This document shows, in pieces, positions 10,111 through 18,810 of a stretch of DNA of 64,000 nucleotides. Within the stretch, counting starts at the first letter, position 1. Each line of letters opens with the position of its first letter. The stretch is from Betaproteobacteria bacterium (lineage in GTDB: Bacteria; Pseudomonadota; Gammaproteobacteria; Burkholderiales; SG8-39), in the NCBI GenBank assembly GCA_016195915.1, contig JACPYS010000064.1:25-64024 (forward strand), written 5' to 3'. The notes under the pieces were generated by a model. It was given only the letters and a program-made list of their open reading frames with translations, was not told the origin of the DNA and ran no database searches. The position numbers were made by a program, and so were the translations under genes.

Positions 10111-10241
10111 ATCCGACTCCCTCAGGCTCGGGCTGCGTCGCTCCATGGAGGCAGAACATCTATCCGGGGCCCGAGAAGAAATTTTGATCTGAGTCGATTC
10201 TACGGGTGCCAATTGTGTTACCGGAGTAGATTGGAGTTTGG

Positions 10242-13200
10242 ATGCCCGAAGTCGATGCCGATGCGAGGGCTGCGCTTGCCGAGAGCGAGGCGCGGTTCGC
10301 GCTCGCCACGGCCGCCGCCGGGATCGGCGTCTGGGACTACGACGCGCAGACCGACGTGGTGCGCGTCAATCCGCAATTTGGCCGGGTTTTCGGTCTCGAC
10401 GCGCACGAACTGCCGCGCACCGGTACCGAATGGCGCGAACTGCTCGGCGCCGAGAGCCACCGGGAGCGGATCAGGCAGGACTTCGTGCGGCTGCTCAAGG
10501 GCGAGCTGAAGGAATGGGATGCCACCTATCCGGGGCTCGCAAAGGATGGCGCGTGCCGCTGGCTGCACTTGCACGCGAAGGTCGTCAGCCGCACGGAGGG
10601 ACGCGCCGCCAAGGTTGCCGGTACGGTCCAGGACGTCACCGCGCGCCGTGAGGCCGAGCAGCTGAACCGCATTACCCGGCTCGCCGTGGAGGGTGCCTCA
10701 GAGGCGATTCTGCGAGTGGATATCGATGCAAGGATCGTTGACGCCAACGAAGCGGCGGCACGCCTGTTCGGCCACACGCGCGAGGAATTGCTCCGTCTGC
10801 ACGTCCCGGAAATCGTTCCGAACCTTGTGCTCGAGCGCTACCGCGACGGCTGGACAAGGCGCCGCGACGAGGGGGCAATCGTGTTTGAAGCGATGGGCAC
10901 GACGAAAGCCGGCAAGGAAATACCGCTCGAAATTTCGGCCGCTTATTGCGATGTTGAAAGCGAAAAGTTCGTCCTCGCGTTCGTGCGCGACATCGCCGAG
11001 CACAAGCGCGCCGAGGCCGCGCTGCTGGAGAATGGCGCGCGGCTCGAGGCGGAAGTGCGCGAGCGCACCGCCGAACTGACGCGGGCGGAAGAGGAACTGG
11101 CCGCGAGCGTGGCCAGGTTGCGCGATTTCAGCAGCGCATCGGCCGACATGTTCTGGGAGGCGGACGCCAAGGGCCGCATCACGTGGGCCTCCGAGTCCGC
11201 GCAACGCCTGCTTGGCGTTCCCGGCGACACGTTTCTCGGCAAGCGCGTTCAGGAGATTGCCGACGTCGGCCTCGACCCCGGCGGGACGGCCTCGTCAAGA
11301 TACCTCGCCGCCTGGAAGGAGCGCGCGCCGTTTCGCGGCATCCGGTTCCAGTTCACCGGACCGTCGCGCAACTGGATCTCGGCGAGTGGCGTTCCCGTAT
11401 TCGATGCCGGCGGCGGTTTCGCCGGCTACCGCGGGACGGCGAGCGACGTCACGAACGAGGTGCGAGCAGAGAACGCGCGGCAGGAAAGCGAAGCGCGCTT
11501 CCGCGACTTCGCGGAGGCGTCGGGCGACTGGCTCTGGGAAGGCGATGCCGACGGGCGCCTGACCTGGATATCCGACTCGGTCGAGCGTATCACCGGTATT
11601 CCGGCGCAGTGGTTCCTCGGCAAGCGTCCGCAGGACATGGCTGCCGAGCCGGAGAATAGTTCTCCCGAAGCGTGGCGGGTGCGCCAGCAGGCGCGCGAGT
11701 TGCACGAGCCGTATCGCGATTTCCGCTACCGCTTGCGATTGCCCAATGGCGAACTGTGGATCAGCAACAGCGGCGTGCCACGCTTCGACGCGAGCGGCAG
11801 GTTCCTGGGTTACCGGGGGACGACTGCGGACATCACGGAACGCAAGCGCGCCGAGCAGGCGCTCGCCGAAAACGAAGCGCGCTTTCGGGCGCTGACGGAA
11901 CTCTCCTCGGACTGGTATTGGGAGCAGGACGATCAGTATCGCTTTGTGATGTTTGGCGGGTCGCGCCCGGAGCGCGACGCTGCCTTCGATTGGCGGATCG
12001 GCAAGACGCGCTGGGATTCGGTCACGGTCGGCGTGACCGAGGCACAATGGGCTGCGCATCGCGCGCAGCTCGATGCGCGCCAGCCGTTCCGGGATTTCGA
12101 GTACCAGGGCGTCAGCGAGCACGGTGAGACGATCTGGGTGTCGGTGAGCGGCGATCCGGCGTTCGGCGGCGACGGGCGGTTCCTGGGCTACCGAGGCGTC
12201 GGTCGCAATGTTACCGAGCAAAAATCTGTCGCAGAGGCGCTGCACGAACTGAATCGCACCCTCGAGTTGCGCGTCGCGCAGCGTACCCGGGCGCTGGTCG
12301 AAAGCGAGGCGCGCGAGCGCCAGCTGCACCGCAAGTACGCCGCGATGTTCTCCACCGTACCCGACGCGATCGCGATCTCTCGCGAGCGCGATGCCGTTCA
12401 TCTCGAAGTCAACGACGCGTGGCAACGCCTGATGGGAATTCCGCGTGCGAAGGCAATCGGCTGCTCTTCACTCGAGCTCGGCCTCTGGGAAAACTCGGCT
12501 GCCCGCGCGGCTGCGCTCGCGCGCCTTAACACCGAAGGCGCGCTTGCCAACTACGCCATGCGCTTCAGGCGCCCCGACGGCAGCATGTTTGACGCGCTCG
12601 TATCGGTTGCGAAAATAGAAATCGAAGGCGAGCCCTGCCTGGCATGGTGCGCGAGCGACGTCAGCGAGCTGCGGCAGGCGGAGATGGCACTGCGCGCAAG
12701 CGAGAACCGGCTGGGCAAGGTGATCAATGCCGTGCCCCACCACATCTTCGCGAAGGATCGCGACGGCCGCTACTTGCTCGTAAATCGCGCCTATTCCGAG
12801 TTTCTCGGGATTACGCCGGAGTCGATGCTCGGCCGTACGCCGCTGGAACTCGGGATCGGGACCGCCGAAACGGAGGTCATCGCGAGCGGGGACGACAAGG
12901 TGCGCGCTACCGGCGAGGAACAGTTCACGCCGATGCAAATCCTCACGCGTCCGTCCGGGCGGCGGTACAGCTTCGCCGTCTACCGCATCCCGTTCCGCTA
13001 TTCCGACGAGATCCCCGACGCGGTGCTCGGGATTGCGGTCGACATTACCGAGCTGCGAGAGGCTGAGGAGAATCTGGGCCAGACGCTGGCGCTCCTCGAG
13101 TCGACGCTCGACTCGACCGACAACGCCATCCTGGTAGAGGACACGAATCGCCGCGTCGTGCGCTGGAACCGGCGCGCCTTGCAGATCAGCGGTGTACCCG

Positions 13201-14228
13201 AAGCGGAACTGCGCGGGTGCGATCGGCGAACGCTGTTCGGGGACAGACTCGATCGGTTTTTGGACCCCGCAGGACTGCGCGAGCGCTTCGAAGCGATAGA
13301 AAGCGACCCCGAGTACGCGGGCACGTTCCAACTGCGCACGATCGAAGGGCGCCACCTCGAGTGCTACACCCAACCGATCCATGTGGACACCTCGGTCGCC
13401 GGCCGGCTGTGGAGCTTCCGCGATGTCACCGCCCGCGAGCGCGAGCGGGACTCGTCCGCGGAGCGTGCCGCCCAACTCGAGGCGAAGGTGAACGAGCGCA
13501 CCGGCGAGTTGACACAGGCGCTCCAGGATCTCGAGATCTTCACTTCCGCCGTATCGCACGATCTGCGCGCGCCGCTGCGCGGCGTGAACGGTTTCGTGGC
13601 AATGGCGATGGAGGACTTCCCGGGCGAGGTCGGGCCGGGCGCACGCCGCTACCTCGATCGCGCACTTTCGACGACAAGGCACATGACGGCCATGGTCGAG
13701 GGCCTGCTCGCTCTGGCGCGGAACTCGCGCGCTCCGCTGAGCCGGCAAACGCTCGACTTGTCGGCGCTTGCGCGCAGCGTGTTCGATGAGACCAGCGAGG
13801 CGAATACCCAGGTCATCGAATTCCACGCGCACCCCAGTCCTCCCGCGGAGGCCGATCTCACGTTGATGGAGGTGGTATTGCAGAACCTCATCGGCAATGC
13901 GCTCAAGTACTCATGCGAGCGCCATCCGGCGGTCGTCGAATTCGGCGCGGAAGTCCGCGACGGGCGGACCGCCTGGTACGTCAAGGACAACGGCGCGGGG
14001 TACGATCCGGCGTACGCAGACAAGCTGTTCCAGCCTTTCGGCCGGCTGCACAGCGCGCGCGAGTTCGAGGGCACGGGCATCGGGCTGGCGGCGGTGCGCC
14101 GCATCGTCGAGCGCCACGGCGGGCGGGTCTGGGCGGAATCAGCCCCGGATCAGGGTGCGACGTTCCGGTTTACCCTCGGAGAGCAAGAGTCGCAATGCGA
14201 TGCAACGCGCGTTGCACGCTCGGACTGA
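10242..14228 (+). CDS. Cytoplasmic multi-PAS sensor histidine kinase
   Basis: 1328 aa with no obvious TM segment. At least 7 PAS-like units separated by D(V/I)T.(R/E) linkers. H-box FTSAVSHDLRAPL. ATP-lid motifs KDNGAGYD and GTGIGLAAVRRIVERHGG. Confidence 0.85.
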   Translation: MPEVDADARAALAESEARFALATAAAGIGVWDYDAQTDVVRVNPQFGRVFGLDAHELPRTGTEWRELLGAESHRERIRQDFVRLLKGELKEWDATYPGLAKDGACRWLHLHAKVVSRTEGRAAKVAGTVQDVTARREAEQLNRITRLAVEGASEAILRVDIDARIVDANEAAARLFGHTREELLRLHVPEIVPNLVLERYRDGWTRRRDEGAIVFEAMGTTKAGKEIPLEISAAYCDVESEKFVLAFVRDIAEHKRAEAALLENGARLEAEVRERTAELTRAEEELAASVARLRDFSSASADMFWEADAKGRITWASESAQRLLGVPGDTFLGKRVQEIADVGLDPGGTASSRYLAAWKERAPFRGIRFQFTGPSRNWISASGVPVFDAGGGFAGYRGTASDVTNEVRAENARQESEARFRDFAEASGDWLWEGDADGRLTWISDSVERITGIPAQWFLGKRPQDMAAEPENSSPEAWRVRQQARELHEPYRDFRYRLRLPNGELWISNSGVPRFDASGRFLGYRGTTADITERKRAEQALAENEARFRALTELSSDWYWEQDDQYRFVMFGGSRPERDAAFDWRIGKTRWDSVTVGVTEAQWAAHRAQLDARQPFRDFEYQGVSEHGETIWVSVSGDPAFGGDGRFLGYRGVGRNVTEQKSVAEALHELNRTLELRVAQRTRALVESEARERQLHRKYAAMFSTVPDAIAISRERDAVHLEVNDAWQRLMGIPRAKAIGCSSLELGLWENSAARAAALARLNTEGALANYAMRFRRPDGSMFDALVSVAKIEIEGEPCLAWCASDVSELRQAEMALRASENRLGKVINAVPHHIFAKDRDGRYLLVNRAYSEFLGITPESMLGRTPLELGIGTAETEVIASGDDKVRATGEEQFTPMQILTRPSGRRYSFAVYRIPFRYSDEIPDAVLGIAVDITELREAEENLGQTLALLESTLDSTDNAILVEDTNRRVVRWNRRALQISGVPEAELRGCDRRTLFGDRLDRFLDPAGLRERFEAIESDPEYAGTFQLRTIEGRHLECYTQPIHVDTSVAGRLWSFRDVTARERERDSSAERAAQLEAKVNERTGELTQALQDLEIFTSAVSHDLRAPLRGVNGFVAMAMEDFPGEVGPGARRYLDRALSTTRHMTAMVEGLLALARNSRAPLSRQTLDLSALARSVFDETSEANTQVIEFHAHPSPPAEADLTLMEVVLQNLIGNALKYSCERHPAVVEFGAEVRDGRTAWYVKDNGAGYDPAYADKLFQPFGRLHSAREFEGTGIGLAAVRRIVERHGGRVWAESAPDQGATFRFTLGEQESQCDATRVARSD

Positions 14229-14230
14229 GA

Positions 14231-14531
14231 CTATTCCACCAGCTGGTTCAGGATCGCGTAGCGCGTCAGCTCGGCATTGTTGCGCAGCTTAATCTTCTCC
14301 ATCAGCCGTGCGCGGTAAACGCTGACCGTCTTTGGCGACAGCGACATGGCGGTGGCGATCTCGGCGAGTTTCTTCCCGCCGGCGATGAAGCGCAGGGTCT
14401 GGAACTCGCGATCGGAGAGCGTCTCGTGTGCGAGCCGCCCGCCTGCGAGGTTCTGCGAAACGCGCAGCGCGAGGGTCTGCGCGAGTTCCGGCGAGACAGA
14501 CTTGCGTCCGCGCGCGGCATTGCGAATCGCC
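14231..14531. repeat. Left copy of a 301-bp direct repeat
   Basis: See pseudogene entry. About 92% identical to 15242-15542, same orientation. Confidence 0.85.
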
Positions 14532-14557
14532 GAAAGCTGCCGCTGAGGGCGATTCAA
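14231..14557 (-). pseudogene. Displaced 3' fragment of a NarL/LuxR-type response-regulator gene (HTH domain only, no receiver)
   Basis: Bases 14231-14531 align without gaps to 15242-15542, the 3' end of the intact regulator, with about 25 mismatches in 301 nt (hand count). The 108-aa ORF has only a non-homologous 9-aa leader before AIRNAARGRK. Confidence 0.7.
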
Positions 14558-14633
14558 TCTGCGCCCGGTTGCGCTCGGCGCTTATGGCCATCATAATGAC
14601 CGGAATACGAGCCATTCAAGATACGGAGCCGCG

Positions 14634-14912
14634 ATGCCCGACGTGGATCAGTTTATTTCTGTCACCGATGCCAAGAACCGGTTTCTGGACATCATCCGTA
14701 CCCTGAAGCAGCGCCAGGAAGTCGTCGCGATTACGCGCGATGGTGTGCCTGCCGCCGTGCTCCTCAGTATGGAGCAGTTCGAAGGCCTGCTCGACACGAT
14801 CGAAATTCTGGGCGATCCGAAAACCCTGCAGTCGGTAAGGCGCTCGCTGAAGCAGGCGAAACAGGGCAGGTGGGTATCCGACGCGGCGCTGTTCGGCCGC
14901 GCAAGGGCGTGA
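14634..14912 (+). CDS. Phd/YefM-family antitoxin
   Basis: 92 aa. ISVTDAKNRFLDIIRTLKQRQEVVAITRDGVPAAVLLSMEQFEGLLDTIEIL is a typical Phd/YefM fold signature. GGAG RBS. GTGA overlap with the toxin gene. Confidence 0.8.
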   Translation: MPDVDQFISVTDAKNRFLDIIRTLKQRQEVVAITRDGVPAAVLLSMEQFEGLLDTIEILGDPKTLQSVRRSLKQAKQGRWVSDAALFGRARA

Positions 14913-15199
14913 GCCGGTATCGGGCGCGCTACACGGTGGAGGCTGCGGCCCGGATCCGCAAGCTCCACCCGCAGATCAGGAAGGAGGTGCGGGAAGGCTT
15001 GCGCCGGCTCCTGGGTGAGCCTTTCCTGGGCCATCCCCTGCACGACGAACTGTCGGGGTACCGCTCGCTTCGCGTGCGCACGCATCGCGTCATCTACGCG
15101 GTCAACGACGACGACGGGACGCTTGACGTGGTGTTCGTCGGGCGGCGGCGCAACGTCTACGAGGAACTGCGGGAACACGTTCTGAACTTGCCGCAATAG
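14909..15199 (+). CDS. RelE/ParE-family toxin
   Basis: About 96 aa from the GTG at 14909, which overlaps the antitoxin TGA. YRSLRVRTHRVIYAVNDDDGTLDVVFVGRR matches the RelE/ParE C-terminal core. The upstream ATG at 14870 would overlap the antitoxin by 43 nt. Confidence 0.75.
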   Translation: MSRYRARYTVEAAARIRKLHPQIRKEVREGLRRLLGEPFLGHPLHDELSGYRSLRVRTHRVIYAVNDDDGTLDVVFVGRRRNVYEELREHVLNLPQ

Positions 15200-15241
15200 G
15201 CGGCACCAACATGCGCCGAAGCAAATTTGCTCTGAGCCCGT

Positions 15242-15542
15242 CTACTCCACCAGCTGATTCAGAATCGCGTAGCGCGTCAGTTCGGCATTGTTGCGCAGCT
15301 TCATCTTCTCCAGCAGCCGCGCGCGGTAAACGCTGACCGTCTTTGGCGAGAGAGACATGGCGGCGGCGATCTCGGCGAGCTTTTTTCCGCCGGCGATGAA
15401 GCGCAGGGTCTGGAATTCGCGATCGGAGAGCGTCTCGTGCGCAAGCCGCCCGCCCGTGAGGTCCTCCGAAACACGCAGCGCGAGCGTCTGCGCGAGTTCC
15501 GGCGAGACATACTTGCGCCCGCGCGCGGCATTGCGGATCGCC
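15242..15542. repeat. Right copy of the 301-bp direct repeat (3' end of the intact response regulator)
   Basis: See 14231-14531. Confidence 0.85.
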
Positions 15543-15880
15543 TCGAGCACCTTCTGCGGCGCGGTGTTCTTGGTCAGGTAGCCCGCCGCGCCAGCCTTGA
15601 GAGCGCGCACCGCATACTGCTCTTCCGGGTACATGCTGAACATCAGCACCTGCAGTTTCGGATGGCTCAGGTGCACTGCCTTGAGGATGTCGAGGCCGTT
15701 CTTGCCGGGCATGTCCACGTCGAGCAGCAGCACATCGACCTTCTGCTGGCGCAGGATGCGCGAAACCGAAGCGTAATTTTCCGCTTCGCCGGCCGATTCG
15801 AGATCGTCGGTCTCGGCCACCATCTGCGCGAGCCCCTTGCGCACCATGGGATGGTCGTCGGCGATCAGCACCCGGATCAT
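15242..15880 (-). CDS. NarL/FixJ-family response regulator (REC + LuxR HTH)
   Basis: 212 aa from MIRVLIADDHPMVRKGL. Phospho-acceptor context LLLDVDMPGKNG. HTH LSDREFQTLRFIAGGKKLAEIAAAMSLSPKTVSVYRARLLEKM. The long upstream ORF extension was trimmed because it runs through the kinase gene. Confidence 0.9.
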   Translation of the reverse strand: MIRVLIADDHPMVRKGLAQMVAETDDLESAGEAENYASVSRILRQQKVDVLLLDVDMPGKNGLDILKAVHLSHPKLQVLMFSMYPEEQYAVRALKAGAAGYLTKNTAPQKVLEAIRNAARGRKYVSPELAQTLALRVSEDLTGGRLAHETLSDREFQTLRFIAGGKKLAEIAAAMSLSPKTVSVYRARLLEKMKLRNNAELTRYAILNQLVE

Positions 15881-17391
15881 GTCCCGGCCTTCGGCGATTT
15901 CGGCTTGCGGCGGGGAATGGAGACCATCAGGGTCGTGCCGTCGCCGGGCTGACCCGAGACGTCGAGCCAGCCGCCCAGACCGCGCACCCGCTCCAGCATG
16001 CCGCGAACGCCGAATGACTCCCGCTTGCCGAGCGCCCCGCCCGCCAGGCCGCAGCCGTCGTCGCGAACCTCCAGCGTGACCGTCGAAGCACTGATGAACA
16101 GCTCGACCGTGACACGGCCCGCCTTGGCGTGCTTCGCCACATTGGTGAGCGCTTCCTGGAACACCCGGTACAGGGCGGTGGACTGCTCCATGTCGAGAGA
16201 AGCTTCTTCGTCGTTGCAGGTGACGCGGCAATGGGTGCCGGTGCGCTCCTCGAATTCCCGTGCCTGCCACTCGAGCGCCGGGTACACGCCGTGATCGAGC
16301 ATGCTCGGGCGCAGCGACCTCGACATCGATATGCTGGCGGTCATCGCGGTATCGATGAGCTTGTCCATGCTTTGCACGCGTTTCGCAAGCGCGGGGTCGG
16401 TGTCGATGCGCTTGCGCAGGCCGTCGAGTTCGCTGCGCAGCGCGGTCAGGGTGCCGCCGACCTGGTCGTGCAACTCTCTGGCGATGCGTGCACGCTCGGC
16501 TTCAATGGCTTTTCCGGTGTGCGCCGAAAGTGCCCGCAGCTGCTCGCGTGATTCGGTGATTTCGCGCTCCGCGCGCTTGCGGTCGCCGATGTCGGCGATC
16601 AAGGCGATGGTCCCGATGGCTCGCCCCTCGTCATCGTGAAGCGCAGCGACGGAAAGGCTGATTTCGACCTCGCTGCCGTCGGCACGCACGCGCCGCGTTT
16701 CCGCCTCGACGCTGCCCGAGCTGATCGCCAGGTCCTGGTAACGCTGAAAATCGTCCCGCTGCGCAGGAGCGACGCTCGGCGGATTTCGGCCGAGCACCTC
16801 GGTTTGCGTCCAGCCGAAAATGCGCTCGGCGGCGGGATTCCACAACGTCACGCGACGCTCGAGGTCGAGTCCGATGATCGCGAGCGGCGAGGCGTTGACC
16901 AGGGCCGTCAGGCGATCGAGGCTGTCGCGCAGCGCGCGCTCGGCCTTGCGGCGCTCAAGCCGCGCTTCAACGCCGGCGAGGCTTCGTTCGACCGCCGGTG
17001 CGAGCCGCGCGAGGCTTGCCTTGTTGATGCAATCCGTCGCGCCCGCGTGCAACGCGGCCACCGCCGCATCCTCGCCGATCGAGCCCGACACCAGGATGAA
17101 GGGTGCATCGGTACCGCAGTCGCTGGTGAGCTGCAGCGCTTCGTTCCCCGAGAAACGCGGCAGGCTGTGGTCGGCGATCACCACGTCCCATTTGCCCGTG
17201 GCCAGCGCGTTACGCATGGCAGCACGCTCCTCGACCCGCTCCGCTTCGACGCTCCAGCCGGCGCCTGCGAGCATCGCGACGATCAGGTCGAAGTCGGCCT
17301 CCGAATCCTCCACGATCAACGCGCGCAGCGGCCCGCGCGCCGCGTGCGGCAATTTGGTTCCGGCGAGGTTCGAGGAAAAACCGGTATTCAC
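15877..17391 (-). CDS. Hybrid REC-PAS-HisKA_3 histidine kinase (NarX/UhpB-type core with N-terminal receiver)
   Basis: 504 aa. Receiver (RALIVEDSEADFDL...VVIADHSLPRFSG). PAS (RRVTLWNPAAERIFGW). H-box RIARELHDQVGGTLTAL. ATPase (VRDDGCGL, GVRGMLERV). ATGA overlap with the regulator gene. Confidence 0.85.
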   Translation of the reverse strand: MNTGFSSNLAGTKLPHAARGPLRALIVEDSEADFDLIVAMLAGAGWSVEAERVEERAAMRNALATGKWDVVIADHSLPRFSGNEALQLTSDCGTDAPFILVSGSIGEDAAVAALHAGATDCINKASLARLAPAVERSLAGVEARLERRKAERALRDSLDRLTALVNASPLAIIGLDLERRVTLWNPAAERIFGWTQTEVLGRNPPSVAPAQRDDFQRYQDLAISSGSVEAETRRVRADGSEVEISLSVAALHDDEGRAIGTIALIADIGDRKRAEREITESREQLRALSAHTGKAIEAERARIARELHDQVGGTLTALRSELDGLRKRIDTDPALAKRVQSMDKLIDTAMTASISMSRSLRPSMLDHGVYPALEWQAREFEERTGTHCRVTCNDEEASLDMEQSTALYRVFQEALTNVAKHAKAGRVTVELFISASTVTLEVRDDGCGLAGGALGKRESFGVRGMLERVRGLGGWLDVSGQPGDGTTLMVSIPRRKPKSPKAGT

Positions 17392-17511
17392 GTGGTAGCG
17401 CTCGCCGCCCCTTGCCTTTAGATGGCCCCCAAAGGCCGCTGTATTCGACCGTTTAGAAGCCCGCGTGCGTGCCGATAATCAGGGGACAGATGGCTTGGCT
17501 CAAGGCAAAAC

Positions 17512-18591
17512 GTGGTGAATGACGCCGGGAATGTTAGCACGCCGTCCACGGACCGGGCGAAACTCGGACTGTTGGCGGGCATATGCGCGATCGCACTGAT
17601 TGCGCTCGGACCGCCCGGCTGGATCGGGTTTCCCGGCTGGATAGCTCTGCTATGGCGCCTCACCGTCCTTTGCGGCGTGATCGCCGGCACCTGGCTGATC
17701 GTCGAGCGCGCGCGCGCCACCGGCGTCGATACCGCCCCGGCTGATGCCGTGGCCGCCGTCGACCATGGGATCAAGCAGGCTGCCGCAGCGCTGAATCACG
17801 ATTTCGGTACCGCGCGCAACGATCTGGACCGTCTCTCAACGCTTCTCGCCGGCGCGATTGAAAAGCTGGCGGCGAGCTTGCACACCATGCACGCGCTTTC
17901 GGAGCGCCAGCAGAAGATCGCCACGGGGCTGAACAGCGGCAGCGCGGCCGGCACGCCGCGTGAGCAGATCAACATCGAGCAATTCATTACCGACACGTCC
18001 AACGCGCTGTTCGAGTTTGTCGAAGGATCCGTCCACTCGAGCAAGATCGCGATGAGCATGGTGGAGAAGATGGATGGCATCAAGGCACTGGTGCGCGGCG
18101 CGCTCGAAATGCTCGAGCAGATCGAAGGCATCGCGGGACAGACCAATCTGCTTGCCCTCAACGCCGCGATCGAAGCGGCGCGCGCAGGCGATTCGGGCCG
18201 CGGATTTGCCGTTGTCGCCGAGGAAGTGCGCGTGCTTTCGGACCGGACCAACCAGTTCAGCCGCCAGATCCGCTCGAGCGTCGGCCGCATCGACGAGTCG
18301 GTGATGGCCGCCGAACAGGATATCAACACGCTGGCTTCGCGCGACATGGTGAGCGCGTTGCAGGCCAAACAGCGCACCGGGGAAACGCTCACCAGGGTGC
18401 TGGCACTCAACCAGGGAGTCGCGCGCAACATGGAAGACCTGGGGGTGATCGCGCGCGAGATCGGGGCCAAGGTCGCCGACGCGGTGGCGGCGCTGCAATT
18501 CCAGGTCCTGGCCTCGCAACTGATCGAACACACCAGGGGGCGCCTCGACGACGCCGGCCGCATCAGCCACGCACTGGGCAGGCTCGATTAG
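17512..18591 (+). CDS. Methyl-accepting chemotaxis protein, short form (TM segments plus signalling domain, no evident ligand-binding domain)
   Basis: 359 aa with a GTG start. Hairpin-tip motif [38 protein letters not shown]. Hydrophobic N-terminal segments. Confidence 0.8.
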   Translation: MVNDAGNVSTPSTDRAKLGLLAGICAIALIALGPPGWIGFPGWIALLWRLTVLCGVIAGTWLIVERARATGVDTAPADAVAAVDHGIKQAAAALNHDFGTARNDLDRLSTLLAGAIEKLAASLHTMHALSERQQKIATGLNSGSAAGTPREQINIEQFITDTSNALFEFVEGSVHSSKIAMSMVEKMDGIKALVRGALEMLEQIEGIAGQTNLLALNAAIEAARAGDSGRGFAVVAEEVRVLSDRTNQFSRQIRSSVGRIDESVMAAEQDINTLASRDMVSALQAKQRTGETLTRVLALNQGVARNMEDLGVIAREIGAKVADAVAALQFQVLASQLIEHTRGRLDDAGRISHALGRLD

Positions 18592-18651
18592 GCCACGCCG
18601 GCGGCCTGTGCGCCGTTTGTGTCCAGCCGCTCCAGGCAACGGGGAACGACG

Positions 18652-18810
18652 ATGAACGCCATCGAAGACGGCCTGCCCGGGATCGACTCCAGGCTGACGC
18701 AGGGCGCGGACGGCTACGACGCCTACCTGGACGAGCGCGCGCGCGGGCTGAAGGAACTCTCGTATTGCGACGGGGGCAAGACGGTGGAGGTGTGCTGTGA
18801 ACGCATATGA
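18652..18810 (+). CDS. Hypothetical 52-aa protein (Cys-rich C-terminus)
   Basis: ATG preceded by GGGGA. The stop overlaps the start region of the next gene. No recognisable motif, so coding status is uncertain. Confidence 0.3.
   Translation: MNAIEDGLPGIDSRLTQGADGYDAYLDERARGLKELSYCDGGKTVEVCCERI

Larger units (their letters stand above)
14231..15542 (+). mobile_element. Putative integration scar: Phd/ParE-RelE cassette bounded by 301-bp direct repeats
   Basis: The repeats are the 3' third of the NarL-type regulator gene. The displaced copy abuts the neighbouring kinase stop codon, 2 nt away. No recombinase is present. Confidence 0.45.

Noticed and set aside
17471-17478. Perfect sigma-28 -10 box GCCGATAA 34 nt upstream of the orphan MCP start.
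   Set aside because: There is no correctly spaced -35 element. The nearest GTTT is 16 nt upstream rather than 11, and TAAA is absent. An 8-mer alone is not enough to call a promoter, though it is worth re-checking with a species-specific FliA matrix.
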